DNA of 17,891 bases, from contig CAXBPH010000136.1 of NCBI GenBank assembly GCA_963977445.1, positions 1-17,891 on the forward strand, read 5' to 3'. Made by a program: the position numbers and the translations under genes. A model generated the notes under the pieces. The model made no database searches. It saw nothing but the letters and a program-made list of their open reading frames with translations, and was not told the origin of the DNA. This document shows positions 15,673 through 17,891 of the stretch, in pieces; positions within the stretch are counted from its first letter, which is position 1, and each line of letters starts with the position of its first letter. This stretch comes from an uncultured bacterium (GTDB lineage: Bacteria; Hydrogenedentota; Hydrogenedentia; Hydrogenedentales; JAEUWI01).

Positions 15673-17891
15673 TTAGTCGATATCCAGTTTGGGCAATGCT
15701 TTTACAATCTTCATGGTCTCCAGGCTGACCGTAATCACCCGCTGAAAGAGCTCCATGGGATATTTGGCGTCCCCCATGGTCTCCGTGGCCCAAAGATTCG
15801 CATCGTTCACAATGCCGCTGTTTTTGTCCGTGGTGACGGCCTGCCGCTCCATCACCCATTCCAGGGCAGGCTTCCCGTTGACCACGTAGTCATAGGCCGC
15901 CACGGGGATATCCCGCATCGTGATGTATTCGTTGTAGACCACGGTGGATTTATCGCCTTTTTTCGCGAATTTCATCTTTTTTACGTAAAAGTGCCTGGCC
16001 TTCAGTGTGTTGACGGCCATCTCCCCAAAATCGAAGGTCACCGGATAGCAACTCACTTTTTCATAGTTGATGTGGAGCTCCGCCAACGCACGGCCCGCCT
16101 GGGAAAAGTCCCAGAAATCCTTCGCCGTCTTCACCGCCGGTATACGGGGCAGTTCTTTGCTCAGGTTATCGGCATAGCGGCTGCGGTACTCGGGCGAATG
16201 CAACAGCCCGTAGATATAGTAAAAGAGGTCTTCTTTACTGATAGTTTCCTTCGGATAGGCCGCCTGAAAGTGGGCCAGGCCCGCGTCGCTGATGCCGTCT
16301 TTACGGGTATAGCCGGATTCGATGCTGCTTTCGCTGTCGAAGAGATTTCCTTGTGTATCTGCATTTGGATGTTGCTTCGTGTCTTTGCCGTTTTCGTAAA
16401 AATATAGAGGAAAACACTGTGCACCAGCTTCTAACATATTCAAGTCGGGCAAAGAATCTGTGATTAATGCCGTCACACCATTTTTTGATCCTTTGCCGGA
16501 TACTGCTATTGCTTTATTTGCGTTTTCACTATTTGGAAAAATTCTTGTCATCTGATAGGTTCTTGCATTCAATCCTTTTGAAAAATATACCCATTCTTTC
16601 GAAAATGGGCGGTACATCCCATGCACAACCCTATTGCTAATAAATTTATGCCTAACCAACTTTTTGAGGTCATCTTTTAAGTTGCTATTCCAACTTATTT
16701 TTGTAAGATCAGTGGTTATGAACTTATCCGGTTCTAGTGGTTGCGGTAGTTTCTCGTAGCGATCAACTTCTGAATTATAATAGTCGATGAGCTTTTTCAT
16801 GTTATTCGATACGGTATTTCGGGACTCATTGTAGCACCAGATGTCCCGACTTGTTGCCAATCCCAATGAATAAGTTTTGAAAATCGCTGTTGACGTTTTG
16901 TCCTTCTTGTCCCCAATCTTGATGAACTCATCGAAGCTGCCATCCCTTTGATTGACCCAATCGTAATGCGCATCGGGCGTGATGCATTGCCAGCCGTTGG
17001 CAGCGGTGATACCGTTGACGCTGGCGAAGTGTTGGATGATGTCGAGCTTTTCCTGTTGCTTGAGGTAGTCGCCGATATCATGCCAGTAGATTTGGCCGTG
17101 TTGCTTCGCCTCGGGATTTTTCACGAGCAGGGTGATGGCGATGGGGGCGCGGCTGCCACTGCCGAAAATCTTGCCCCCTTCCTGACGAGAACGCTCGCCC
17201 GAGGTCCGTTGATTACCCCGCAGGTGAAAGACGTAGATACTGCTGAATTCCTCGGCGAGACATTTGCGCAGGCCGTCTGCCGTGTTGGCTTCCAGGAAGC
17301 CGGCGTTGGTGACAAAACCGAGGATGCCGTTGCATTGGCAGGCCTCCTTGCAGGGGCTTTTGGCGAAGTCCACCGTGGGATTAAAACGGTTTTTGCAGAG
17401 CCGATCACTGGCCCAGCGAATAGCCCGGATGTAGGAATCATAAAGCGTGATCTTGCTCGTAGCGGAAGAGTACTCTGCATAGGTATCTCGAACACGCGCA
17501 TCGAGATTTTCGTAGGCGACGTTCTGGTTGTTGTCGTTCGCGTTTCCTTGGCCGGCCGAATAGGGTGGGTTGCCCATGATAACGCGGATATCGAGGGCCT
17601 TTTGTCGCTTCCGTCGGTCGCTGTTGTCCACGAGCAAATCGCTGATGAGATCGTCTTTTTCGTAAAGCTGGAAGGTGTCGGTGAGGCAGATGCCCTGGAA
17701 GGGCTGAAAGTCGCCACCGACAAGGCTGTGGTAGACGGCTTCAATATTGATGGCGGCGATGTAATAGGCCAGCAAGACGATTTCGTTGGCGTGGATTTCA
17801 TGTTTATATTTGTGGGGCAACTCTTCATTACGGATAAGGCCACTTTGGAGGAGGCGGGTGACAAAGGTGCCCGTGCCGGTGAAGGGGTCGA
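15673..17891 (-). CDS. Type ISP restriction-modification enzyme (LlaGI/LlaBIII-like), N6-adenine MTase plus target recognition domain; 5'-partial
   Basis: The frame is open to the window edge. Motif I DPFTGTGTF, then HANEIVLLAYYIAAINIE, motif IV GNPPYS, LRGNQRTSGE, YRPFSKEW, QCFPLY, YYIYGLLHSPEYR, LPRIP and YVVNGKPALEWVMER. Confidence 0.95.
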   Translation of the reverse strand, partial: DPFTGTGTFVTRLLQSGLIRNEELPHKYKHEIHANEIVLLAYYIAAINIEAVYHSLVGGDFQPFQGICLTDTFQLYEKDDLISDLLVDNSDRRKRQKALDIRVIMGNPPYSAGQGNANDNNQNVAYENLDARVRDTYAEYSSATSKITLYDSYIRAIRWASDRLCKNRFNPTVDFAKSPCKEACQCNGILGFVTNAGFLEANTADGLRKCLAEEFSSIYVFHLRGNQRTSGERSRQEGGKIFGSGSRAPIAITLLVKNPEAKQHGQIYWHDIGDYLKQQEKLDIIQHFASVNGITAANGWQCITPDAHYDWVNQRDGSFDEFIKIGDKKDKTSTAIFKTYSLGLATSRDIWCYNESRNTVSNNMKKLIDYYNSEVDRYEKLPQPLEPDKFITTDLTKISWNSNLKDDLKKLVRHKFISNRVVHGMYRPFSKEWVYFSKGLNARTYQMTRIFPNSENANKAIAVSGKGSKNGVTALITDSLPDLNMLEAGAQCFPLYFYENGKDTKQHPNADTQGNLFDSESSIESGYTRKDGISDAGLAHFQAAYPKETISKEDLFYYIYGLLHSPEYRSRYADNLSKELPRIPAVKTAKDFWDFSQAGRALAELHINYEKVSCYPVTFDFGEMAVNTLKARHFYVKKMKFAKKGDKSTVVYNEYITMRDIPVAAYDYVVNGKPALEWVMERQAVTTDKNSGIVNDANLWATETMGDAKYPMELFQRVITVSLETMKIVKALPKLDID

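Larger units (their letters stand above)
10954..17891. mobile_element. tRNA-Pro-integrated satellite-like / integrative element carrying restriction-modification cargo (right end outside the window)
   Basis: The integrase lies directly 3' of the tRNA, followed by an excisionase-like gene, a prim-pol and a type ISP R-M gene. No duplicate of the tRNA 3' end was seen within the window. Confidence 0.85.

Noticed and set aside
15673..17820. TTG at 17820 as the start of the R-M gene
   Set aside because: The frame stays open to the window edge and includes MTase motif I (DPFTGTGTF), so the gene begins outside the window.

Overview
Bacterial chromosomal window of fairly high GC. The DUF1580 protein and integrase style suggest a Planctomycetota/Hydrogenedentota-like host (inference). 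Left part, 1-10.5 kb: a minus-strand YtrA-type GntR regulator / ABC ATPase / membrane protein operon with a sigma70 promoter and two operator palindromes. Next is a REP-associated tyrosine transposase (RAYT) bracketed by two homologous ~200-bp REP-doublet cassettes. It is followed by a Tat-exported beta-propeller glycosidase-like protein, a lipoprotein, a DUF5722-type putative glycoside hydrolase and a secreted WG-repeat protein. Right part, 10.9 kb to end: tRNA-Pro(CGG) followed by an integrated satellite-like element. The element carries a tyrosine integrase, a DUF1580 excisionase-like gene, a cryptic decayed Cys-rich gene, a helicase-less primase-polymerase, a small HTH gene, a truncated GIY-YIG/DUF4357-like remnant and the C-terminal part of a type ISP restriction-modification enzyme. 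The far att site is not in the window.
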